Shown here: positions 12,917-26,904 of the stretch, one piece after another
Layout: every line of letters begins with the position of its first letter
Position numbering within the stretch: the stretch's first letter is position 1
From: Selaginella moellendorffii
Lineage: Eukaryota; Plantae; Lycopodiophyta
Assembly: GCF_000143415.4 (NCBI RefSeq)
Contig: NW_003314263.1
Coordinates: 223,114 to 287,113, forward strand
Direction of reading: 5' to 3'
DNA: 64,000 nucleotides
Notes under the pieces: model-generated
What the model was told of the DNA's origin: nothing
Seen by the model: only the letters and a program-made list of their open reading frames with translations
Databases searched by the model: none
Made by a program: the position numbers and the translations under genes

Positions 12917-13570
12917 TGTAATGCATGTGATCATGGGATGAAATTTAGATATACTGTCACCGTAGATCCTCAGAACCTTAGGGGATAAAATAATCACTAA
13001 GGGCTCTCTCATCAAGCAATTGCCCCTTTTTTAATTGGCTTAAGGGGAGAGAAATAGGGTGCGTTACATGTGGTATCAGAGCAAATGGCACGGGTTTGAT
13101 TCCCACTGATTAGTGGCTACTTAAAAATATAATATACCTTTGAGCAAGGTATATTCTTACCCCTAAATTTGAAATCGTATGTATTGAGCATCCATACGTA
13201 CGTCCTTCTTTTTGTGTGGAGTATCCACGGACAAATGTATCCACCATGGGATTCCGATACGGGTGGATGACTAGTTGCCTCACATGGAATAGCTAGTCTA
13301 CACAATAGAAGGATTGATAAATTCAGTGCGGAAATGGAGGTGTTGATTCCCCTTGGCTCAGTAGGGGTTATTAGTCAATAGTCAATAAAGACATTGACAT
13401 CTCTGAAAGGGGAGTGAGTGTAATATATGTGATCATAGGATAAAATTTAAATATACTGTCGCCGTGGATCCTTGAAACCTTGGGGGATACAATAGCCACT
13501 AAGGGCTCTCTCATCAAACAATTACCCCTTTTCCAGTTGGCTTAAAAGGAGAAAGATAGAGTGCGCTACA
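12917..13570 (+). mobile_element. Complete TRIM (terminal-repeat retrotransposon in miniature)
   Basis: 152-bp LTRs at 12917-13068 and 13419-13570 (TG...CA), PBS TGGTATCAGAGC at 13071-13082, PPT gaaaggggagtgag before LTR2, perfect 5-bp TSD CTACT and a non-coding interior. Confidence 0.95.
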
Positions 13571-13579
13571 CTACTAGAG

Positions 13580-15060
13580 CTTGCAGAAGAGATCCAACAC
13601 AAATTAATGCAATCCGGGATTGTGGGTGATACCAATGATCACTACTATCCAAGAGACTAGATTTGGATTTGGCATGGTGTAGAAGATCACAATTGCAAGG
13701 CCAAGATAGCTGAATTGGATGTAATTCATGAGGATGGTGTTCCAGCACACTACATTGCTCTCTCTCACCCTGGAGAGGAGGATTTTTGCCTTGCGCAAGG
13801 CCTATTCAAGGCTAATGCTGCAATCATGGCATTGTAGCTCGTGGCATTGGGATGGGCGATTTGGGAGAAGATCCACCACACCTCCACGACATCTAGGATC
13901 TGGGCATACACATCGATGATCGCTCTGATCGCACTAGAGTCCCAATTATCTGGGCTCAAGCAATCAAACAGCACCTTGGCTTCCTCAATACTCCCAGACT
14001 GGGCGTAGGCCTCCAGTTCTTGAGCATGGAGATCACGGAGTTGGGCAATGAGAATCAATCAAAGAGGAGCTTGGCTTGCTCGATTTTGCCACCAAACATG
14101 AGTGTTGTGACCATGGCATTGATTGTCATGGTGTTGTGATGGGGCATCTGACCAAAGAGGACCTGCACCTCATTGAGATTGCCATTCCTCACGTAACTGG
14201 AGATGATTGCGTTCCACACTGCCACAACACACCACGGCATGGAATCAAAGAGCACGCATCTGGCCCCGCACAGCATGGGCAGAGATCATTGACATCCATG
14301 ACACTGCGTCTCAATCAGGCATGGAATCAAACACTTTTCTAGCATCGCCCACTTGATTGCTTGTGAGGTAGGCCTCTAGAGTGGGTTCCACACGCGACCT
14401 GTCGTGAGACTCCATGGAATCAAACACAATCTTTGCGTTCACAGCTAGTCCCTGCTGCACGTAAGCTCTGATCATTGTGGCATCACGGCAAAGAGAGCTT
14501 GTGCCTCATGGATATGGCTGTGAGAACCCATTGCTGCAATCATCAGGTTCCATGAAACTGTGTCTCTGAAAGGGATTCTCTAAAACATCACAATTGCATC
14601 ATCGATCCTCCCAGACTCTGCAATCGTGTCTAGCAGGCTGTTCCACAGGCAGCAGTCCCACTTAGGCATCTCAAAGAAAATAATGGCCACCTTTTCATTC
14701 TTGGCATTTGCCAGAATCATAGAGTTCCAAGCAGCTACTGTTTGTAATGGCATAGAATCAAACAGATCCTTTGCATTGAAGAGGGCAATGGCTTCCTCCA
14801 GATGCCAGTTTTGGGCATAGCACAAAAGCATTACATTCTAGTAGATGATGTCTTTGTGTGCCAGCACAAGAAACAAAGTTTTCATTTTGTCAACCATTCC
14901 ACAATCCATATATGCAGTGATCATCGTTGTCCATGACACGAGACTGTAGAAAGGCATCCCATTAAACAATTATCGTGCCTCCTCCAGATCCCTAGCCATG
15001 GCAATTGCTGCAATAGCAACATTTCAGCTGACAAGATTCTTCATTTGCCTGGCCTTGAAT
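13580..15060 (-). pseudogene. PLS-type pentatricopeptide repeat (PPR) pseudogene
   Basis: Fragmented ORFs with PPR motifs (LFDSMP...WNAIISSYVRNGNLNEVQVLFGQMP; YAQNWHLEEAIALF; YAQSGSIEEAKVLFD) split by frameshifts and stops. Confidence 0.85.
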
Positions 15061-15308
15061 AACTGCAAATAATAACACTAATGTTTTCTTTTAGCCAATG
15101 GGACGTGGCCAATTGCTTGGGGCAAGAGAAGAAAGCACTGTGACACATATAACATGTAAAACATTGATTGGCATTAACATTCAACCTTTGCAGAGATTTA
15201 CTTAAATCTTATAATTCCCTTTAAGGAATTTAATAATTTTCTATGAAAAAAAAATGCTTATAGTTACTTTTTCAATTCTAATATAATATAATATAATATA
15301 TTGGAATA

Positions 15309-18300
15309 TCTATAATAATAAGAACGAAGAACCTAGACCCCCACAGCCGTCCGATCCCAGGCACGGGGCAGCCTCGGAAGCCATGGTTAGCGGGAATATC
15401 AACTCAATGTTGTGGTGGCCAATGGGTGGGATACACGTGTGGCCGAGAAGAGAAGAGCGCATGGTGACAGGTGTTACACCATGCACTCCTAGGGCTCCAA
15501 AAAATTTGTCTGCCACTCATCAATTCGATTCCCAATGGCCCATGGCCGATGTAATTAGAGTAGCAGCGCCATCTCCAGCACTCCAAGTTCCTTTCAAGAG
15601 TTTTTTACTTCTTATCCTTGGTTCTTCGATCATTCTTCCTTTTTGATTCATTTTTGCGACTGATGGATTGGTTTCTCTTGCAGGCAGCAGCTGTTCTAGG
15701 CTATGCTTCTCTATTTTGTTTGCGTTTCAGCCTTTGATGCCACGGGCAGCTGGTAAGATTTTGTATTCTATGATGAGATGTTTTTTTCTGTCCGATACTG
15801 CTTCCGTCGAATCTAAAATTTAGTTCCAGTTTCTAAGATTTAGAGGGCCGGTTTCAACGATGCGTGCTTATGGGCTTTCTCAGGTGTTTGGGGTGCTGTG
15901 CCAGGTAACCTAATGCTGGCGTAGGAGCAGCACTTGGGGCTGGAGCTCAAAATTGCAAAGTTGTGGCAGAGATTGGTAAACACAACATTGGAACTATTTT
16001 GTTGTTCTTGAGTGCGCTTAGCAAAAGTCTAATATTTTCCTTTCAGATCATTACATAGTTGTGAAATTTATATATATCCAACTGTAGTCTGCATTCCTAT
16101 TCTGCATAAACTTCTATACAAACTCAATTAATATATTAATTCAAATCTATAATCAAACTGACTGAAAATGCCTTGCCTTCGCCATCTTTTGAGAGCCATG
16201 CGACATAGTAAACAATCTAATGGAGATTTAGATGCCTCTGAAACTATGATTGATTATGATACACATATTATAGCTGTTCAAAATAATCATGATAATAATT
16301 CTATACACCAAAATATTAATTATGATAATGATTATATATACCAATTAGTTGGACAGTCAGAAGCATCTGGAACCTTACATGCACATCATTATGATGGTCA
16401 CATATATCAAGCAATATTAAATCCACCACACCCACCCATGAATACCACACTACATAGCATTTATAATGACTTTAACATTATAAATTTTAATATTGGTAGT
16501 TATCATTTGTTTGTACTTTATGTAATGCATTGCATTTTAAAGATGAAAACTCTTCAATGTGTTGCTAGAATAACCAAGTTGTATTACCTCTAATTTCACC
16601 TTTACCATTTGATTTACTTTCACTTTGCAAGCAACATAAAAACTCTAATTTTAGAACAAATATTAGACATTACAATAGTGCTCTTGCTTTTGCATCTATG
16701 TCTTCTAATATTGATATTGTAAAAGGTCATAGTCCTTATTGCTTTAAAATCCATGGTCAAATATATCATAATATTGTATTAGCACATCATTCTCAAACTT
16801 ATGGACAACTTTATATGCTTGATATTGTAGAAGCTACAGATATAAGAAAGCAAAACCCTTTTAATTCAAGCTGTGAAACAAACTTACTTAAATATCTTGA
16901 TGCTCTCTTTCATCATGTTAACCCATATGCTCAAGCTTTCAAAATGATGTATGGAATGGAACAAGAAGAAATTTGTTCTACTACACTTTCAGGTTATCTT
17001 ATATGTGGTGTTTACATGTTATTAAAAACTGAAGGAACTGATCCACGGCACTATAATGCTCCACGGACAAATGATGTTGCTGTTGTGTTTGTTAGTGATG
17101 ATGGAGAACCGCCACATTGTCGTGAAATTTGCATATATCCAACTGTAAGCAATTATAAATGTATCTCAACACTTGATTATAATTATGATCCAATGGTTTA
17201 CCCATTAATATTTCCTTTTGGTGATAAAGGCTGGCACAAAAATATTTTTAATTCCGGATGTCGAATTACATTACTCCAATATTATACATACCATTTTTAC
17301 ATGCAGGAAAACTCACACAACAATATATAGTCGATGTATATGTAAAAGTTGAAAGCAATAATTTGAATTACTATTGCACTCATCAGAAACAATTACAAGT
17401 TGAAATGTATATTGGTCTTATGGATTATATTGCAAACTGTACTACTAATGAAAATATAAATCCAGGCAAGATTGTTATTTTACCTTCAAGTTTTGGGGGT
17501 GGCCCTAAAGCAATGCAACAAAATTATCAAGATGCAATGCCTATAATTACTCATTTTTCAAAGCTAGATCTTTTCATTACTTTTACATACAATCCCAAAT
17601 GGCTAGAAATTTCTAAAAATTTACATCCAAATGAAGGCCCTAAGGATCATCCAGACTTGGTTTCTAGAGTATTTCATATCAAGCTTAAAGAATTTATGAA
17701 TGATATTACTAAAAACAATATTTTTGGAAATTGTATTGCTTTTATATATGTAATTGAATTTCAAAAGAGAAGCCTTCTATATTGTTACTTTCTAGGGATT
17801 TTATCTCATGAAAATAAGATTAAAGACCGTGATGCTATTGATCAATACATAATGGCACAATTGCTTGATCCTCAAAATGAACTTGAAATTTCTAAGATAG
17901 TTATATCTCATATGATACATGGTCTATATGGGTCTTTTTACCCTAATAGTCCTTGCATGGAAAATGGCACTTGCTCAAAAGGTTTGCTTTAATTATAAAA
18001 CTACTTTTAGTATTGATGGATATCCAGATTATTATAAACTTGATAATGGCCGCACATTTCTAAAAAATGGGTGCTATATTGATAATTGTTGGGTAGTGCC
18101 TTATAATAAATACCTTTGTAAAAAATATAATGCTCATATTAATATTGAAATTTGTTCTACTATAAAAAGTATTAAGTATTTATTTCAATATGTCTATAAA
18201 AGTTATGATTGTGCAACAATTAAAATCCATTCAGAAACCCAACAACCTGATAATATTTTAAATTAGGATAAAATCTCAAATTTTTTAAATACACGTTATG

Positions 18301-20507
18301 TATATGCTCCAGAGGCAATATGGAGACTTTTTAAATTTAAAATGCATGGTCGTTCAACCCCCATAATCGGTCTTCCTATTCATCTTCCAAATTTTCAAAA
18401 CGTCTATTTTATAGAAAATTCTCACCAAATGGCACTTCAAAGAGCTACTCAAAATGGTACAATGTTAACAAAATGGTTTGAATTAAATATAAATGATCCA
18501 AATGCTAGACAATATACATATCCTAAAATCCTTTTATATTATATATTTAACCCTCATACTCATAATTGGCAAATTCAACATACAAGAAATGTCATTCCCT
18601 GAATGTATTCTGTGTCGCCATCTAATGTTGAACTATATCATTTACATCTTATTTCACTCCATAAAAAAGGTGTTACATCTTTCAAAGATCTTAAGACAGT
18701 TAATAATATTTATTATGACATAAATTTAAAGACTTCCTTTTTGAGGATTTCAAATCCAATTTTTCATTATGAACATGCTTTACATGATATAAATATAAAA
18801 ATGAAAATGCATGGCAAAACTAATCAAAACTACCATCTACTTTTCCCGTCTGAAAATTTTGATGATGAAAATATTGTCAACTCAACACAAATATATCAAA
18901 ATGTTGAACAAAATATTCCTCAATTTAATCAAGAACAATTAAATATTTTTAATGATATTCTTAATGTTATTGATCACCCAACTGAGCAAAATCGATACAT
19001 TTTCATTGATGGCCCTAAGGTACTGGTAAAACATTTCTTCTTAACACTCTTATAAATATTTTACAGCTGAAAAAAATAAATGTTGTTAGCATAGCTTGGA
19101 TACAAATTGCAATTACTTTTCTCTATAATGGCCAAACGTCACACACAACTTTTAAATTTCCTATTCCAATAAATGAAACATCAACTTTTGCTACAACTGC
19201 TAATAGTGAAGCAGGTATAAGAATCAAAACTACTAACATATTGTTATGGGATGAAATAAGTATGGTTCACATTCATGTATTCACTGCTGTTGATCAAGTG
19301 TTGTGAGACCTAAAAAATATATTATTACCTTTTGGTGGCATAATTGTTATCACTAGCGGGGACTTTAGACAAACACTTCTAGTCATTCCACATGGACATA
19401 GGGCACAAATTATTTCAAGTTCTGTAAAAATGAATAAATTATGGAGATTATTTAAAAAATTATCTTTGAAAACAAATATGCAACTTGCTGAAAGTGATAA
19501 ATCATAGGCTGAATGGCTTTTTAAAGTCGGAAATGGTGAAAATTTTCAAAATTTACCATCTTTACCTTTTAACTCCATTTTATTACCTCATACACAACTA
19601 ATTTATTCATCTGTTATTGATTTTGTCTACCCTTTAGTACTTGATATTTCAAACCCTTATATTGCAGCCAATTGAGTCATACTTACCCCACTTAACGATG
19701 ACACATTTGCAATCAACAATACTATTGTCTCTAAATTACAAGCTGATACATATATATCTATAAAAGCATTGATTTTATTGACACTGAACATCTTGAAAAT
19801 TTTCCAACAGAATTCCTAAATTTTATCACACCTTCTGGTCTCCGACCACATAAACTCTCTCTCAAATAAGGTGCTATTCTTATCCTCCTAAGGAATATGT
19901 CTCCATCACCACGACTATGCAATAGCACATGTCTCATCTTAAAAAATGCACTACCAAATGTTTTAGATTGTGAAATTGTGATGGGGCAATTTAAAGGGAT
20001 AAGAGTTTTTATCCCACGTATCACACTAATACCATCAAATGTAGAAATTCCATTTAAATATCTAGAAGACAATTTCCAATCTGTTTAAGTTACTACTTAA
20101 CAATCTCCAAATGCTAAGGACAGACATTTGACTGAGTTGGAGTTTACTTGCCCCACCCAGTTTTCACTCATGGGCAACTTTATGTGGCTTTATCAAGATG
20201 CATATCACCACATGGACTTGGAATTAAAGTTCAAAACACCATACGCCAAAGCCACCTCCTTCTTCAAGATCCTTCTGTTTTTACAATTAACATTGTTTAT
20301 AAAGAAGTTTTATATTAAACCTCTTTGTAAATCACCCAACATTTGCTGGGCAAGTACTCCTTCTCTGGATATTAGCGCTATGTTGGATTTCCAAAATAAA
20401 GCAAGCCATAGCATTTATAATGACTTTAACATTATAAATTGTAATGATAAACCTCAATAATAGAAACCTCTTTGTAAACCACCCAGCATTCGTTGGGCAA
20501 GTATTCG
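15309..20507 (+). mobile_element. Helitron, autonomous-type Rep/Pif1-helicase, degenerate
   Basis: 5' end A|TCTATAATAATAA. Rep motifs FKIHGQIYH, ILPSSFGGGPKAMQQNYQDAM, DLFITFTYNPKW, YVIEFQKRSL, KSIKYLFQYVYK. Helicase motifs [28 protein letters not shown]. 3' GC hairpin CCCAGCattcGTTGGG at 20482-20497 with a decayed CTRR end. Confidence 0.9.
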
Positions 20508-20718
20508 TAATATATGTTGTTTTGATACTATTTCAATTTAATTTTCAATGTAATAATGATGGTGTTTGCTAACTGAGGCAGCATATGCTGGATAATGATT
20601 AGTACATATATATTTATATATATAGATATGCAAATATTTCTGTTATATTGAACTAGAACGAATTTTCTGTCAATAGTTTAACCTTAAGAACGAAAACGAC
20701 AACAAAAATCCTACTTAT

Positions 20719-21606
20719 TTAATGCGGTTTTGGTACATGTCCATCCACAGCGAAGTTTCTTGTTGCTGCTGGGAGAGCCAACTCCATGCCGTTGAGTTCG
20801 GGCTTTGCAATCACTTGGCATCCCAAACGAGACCTGAAAAAACAAAAACAGGAAACAAGAAAACACTTAGAAAGAGTTCAACCACAACAGTAAATAGCTT
20901 ACGTCTCTGTAAGTCCAAATGCAAGATCAAGCATGTCGTTCTCCTCGTCCGATGGCTCCTTGAGCATCCGATAAAACTTCTCATCCTGTGATCCACATAC
21001 GAATCGCTCAAGAAAAAAGGAAGACGATATACCTTCACAATGACATGACAAGTCGAGCACGCCAATGAGCCCTCGCAAGCACCTGTGATCTCGTTCCAAG
21101 CTAGAGTTTATCGTTTCCAAAGAAAAGGCTCTTAAGAACACTCCACCTTCAAGCTCGATGTCGTTCTCATGAGCAGCCTCCAACATTGACATCCCAACTG
21201 GAACTCGAATCGTCTTCCGATCGCCTTCTTTGGTTACAAAAGTCACCTCGATCCTGCCACGAAAACTCGAGTAAGCACAAGGCGTTTCAGGAGTTATGAA
21301 GAGAAGGGAAAAAAATTTGCTGGAAGGAAAGCATAGGATAATACCAACGTTTCCTTGTTTTCTTTGCCATTTGCCTCTGCCTTGGATCGCATCAATACCG
21401 CAGTCGATATAGCTGAGGATCTCTGGCCATCTAAGAAAAAAAAAATTCATGGAGACAAAACCACACATGAGAATTCGTACCTGGTTGTGAAATCCAATCG
21501 CGCCTCACACGCTGCGAAACAGAATTTAGCATCGCGTTTTTGGAGCGAAACGCCAGCATTCTCTTACCCGGAATCCATGCGCCTGCCCAAATGCCCGTCT
21601 CCACAT
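20719..21606 (-). CDS. MFDX: Mitochondrial adrenodoxin-like [2Fe-2S] ferredoxin (multi-exon)
   Basis: IEVTFVTKEGD...SMLEAAHENDIELEG, ACSTCHVI, EENDMLDLAFGLTET, C-terminal NFAVDGHVPKPH*. The start codon (MWRRAFG) and intron boundaries are inferred. Confidence 0.93.
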
Positions 21607-21834
21607 TGCCACGAGCCCTAACTTAAACCCTAACTCTTTTACTCTGTTTAAACTATTCAGCTTTCACCCTTAAGCTTAGTTTTAAACTGGTACTGAATAT
21701 TTTAAAATATGCTCTAGCATATGCTCACATCCAACGGAATAGATTACTTAAAATTTGTTTGAAAAAATTGCTTTTTTCACATTTTACTGTGTGCCTATGT
21801 GTCTAGCTTAAACTTCGCTATCCCTTTTTTTTTT

Positions 21835-24647
<2,813 letters not shown>

Positions 24648-26332
24648 GCCAGGAAATCCAAGGAATTCAATCGGCCTGATCAAAAGTACCGATCGATTGG
24701 GGGAGGAAAAAAGAAAAACAGAAAAAATCGAGAGCGAGAGAGAGATGTGTGATTTGTATAAGCTTTTCCCAGAATTTGCCAGAGAATGGGTGAAAAGAAA
24801 CAGGATAGAGACAAGGAAGAGTGAGCAGAGCTCTCAAGAACAGAGACGGTGGATGAGCAATCAAAGAATTAAAATCACTCCTCCCTTTCTAGCGCAGCTG
24901 CTGCCGCCGCTGCTACTCAAGGACATAGCTGCACTGCACAAGAAAACAATGCCTTTCTTTTTGGGAGAGGATTGATTGATTCCTCTCTTTGCCAGAAATC
25001 TAGAACCAGTAGCTACAAGTTCCCGGGGGGAGATCTTTTCTTGAGCGTTTTGGTTTCTTTCCTTGTCCTTTTTATTTTTGATTTTCTTTGAAGAGCCAGG
25101 AACTCTGGGCATAGCCTATCTGGAGACAGTGAAGTAGTAAAAACTAGCAGCAGGGTGTGGATGATGGATGAATGGATGGATCAAAAGAGAGTGGCTATGT
25201 AGCCCTTTTATATAAATGCGCCACACACACACACACACACACACTCTCTCTCACAGAGAAGATGCACTGCTCCAACACAGAAAGGGGGATTGATTCCAAT
25301 GAATTAAATTTCAAGCATTGTCACAGAATGGAACTTGTGATCAGAGATTTTTTCAAAGTTTTCATGGTCTGGACTGGACTGGAGGGATTGATTGCAAAGC
25401 TACCTTCTACAAACCATGGCAAACGGTATGGCGGCAAACCATTAAATTGGAAGGAAACTCAAAGCTTGGTTCCTCATAAAGGCAGCCGCCAAAACGGATT
25501 TAAAGGCGGAGAATTCACGGCTATAAGTGGAAAGTGATGCGAGTAAACAGTATAACTTGCCCAAAAGGGATTGACCTAAATGCGCGAGGGTGGCGGGCTA
25601 TACCCTCCGGGGTATTTGTTCCCGCGACAGGGATGGGCGAGGAACTGCAAATGCCATGAATGGGCAAATGTACCCTTTCTAACAGTGATGCATGGATGTG
25701 ATATTTTGACGTGGAGATTTGCTCTTGCGAACTCCATATAGTAAAGCATGGAAATATCACACTCAGATACTTACGCTTTCGAAAACGGGCTCGGTCTTTG
25801 GAGGCGCTTCAAGAGAGCGTGCGAGTGAAATTTTTCAATCCCTGGCCAGTTCGTGTGGAAAAGACGTCCCGAGGCCACACGGGAATATAAAATATTCCCA
25901 CTAAAACATTATTATTATTATTATTGTTATTAAATTATAGACAACATTCTATAAGATTCCCGGAGATTCCCTCGCCACCTTTCTTTCCAGTGTCCAAATG
26001 ATGGGCGACGAGTCCTACTGTTTCCTAGCTGACGCCAATCATACGCTCTGTTCATGTTAACCAGAAACCCAGAGAAAAAAAGATTGAGAGAGAGAGAGAG
26101 AGAATCATGTCCTAATGAGAACTATCGAGCACTAGCGAGTGCTCGAGAAACAAACAATTCCCCGGGAATCGTTTTCTAAACACCTTTGAATCGTCCAGTC
26201 TCTTTAGCAAGAGGGCGCGGAAGAAATCTGCCAAGCCAAAGTATCATGCCACATAAATGAGTTTCTTCCTGGCAGTGGTGGATTGAACGCTCCAGAAGTA
26301 TAAAAAGGAAGAATGGAATTTAAAACGAAAAC

Positions 26333-26900
26333 TTACAATCCCTGCAAGTTGGCTTGATCATTCGTACTTTCGCACCTTGCCTTGAAAGCTTTGGGGATGG
26401 CTGGAGTCAATTCCTGTGGAGCAAACATAAAGCATGAGTGACTTCTTAAAAACTGTAGAGACTTTGAAACGGCCTGCCTAGAGCTTCGTACCTTGAAAGC
26501 AAAAGGAAACCGGTCTGGTATTTCTTTGTTGCATAGGCTCGCGAGTCCGCTAACGAATTCCTTGTGGGCTTTGTTTGTTTCGTACGGCACCGAGCACCAA
26601 GTTGACGAGAACTTCGAGTGGAATGACGACTAACACGGGCCAAAAGTTGTTTGAAATTGCGAGTGAGGGGCCACATCTTCCCCTGTAAATACACTTCTTT
26701 AGCTATTCAAGAGTTGATCCAGCTTAGATCACTTTACTCTCCTTAGCAAGGGAAAGGAAAAGAAAAAAATCCACTGTAAAGTTCTTACCTCGATGTGGAA
26801 GGAGAAAGAAGCGCATCTTGCAACTGTCAACTTCCTTAAGAGGAACGCAAATGTTAGTAACCTTACATATTGAGAATGAAATCTTCTCACCCTGGATGTG
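26333..26900 (-). other. Possible short spliced exons downstream of the PPR gene (unknown product or 3' UTR)
   Basis: Several GTAAG/GTACG donors and pyrimidine-AG acceptors on the minus strand. Short ORF YETNKAHKEFVSGLASLCNKEIPDRFPFAFK, not recognised. Confidence 0.3.
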
Positions 26901-26904
26901 GATG

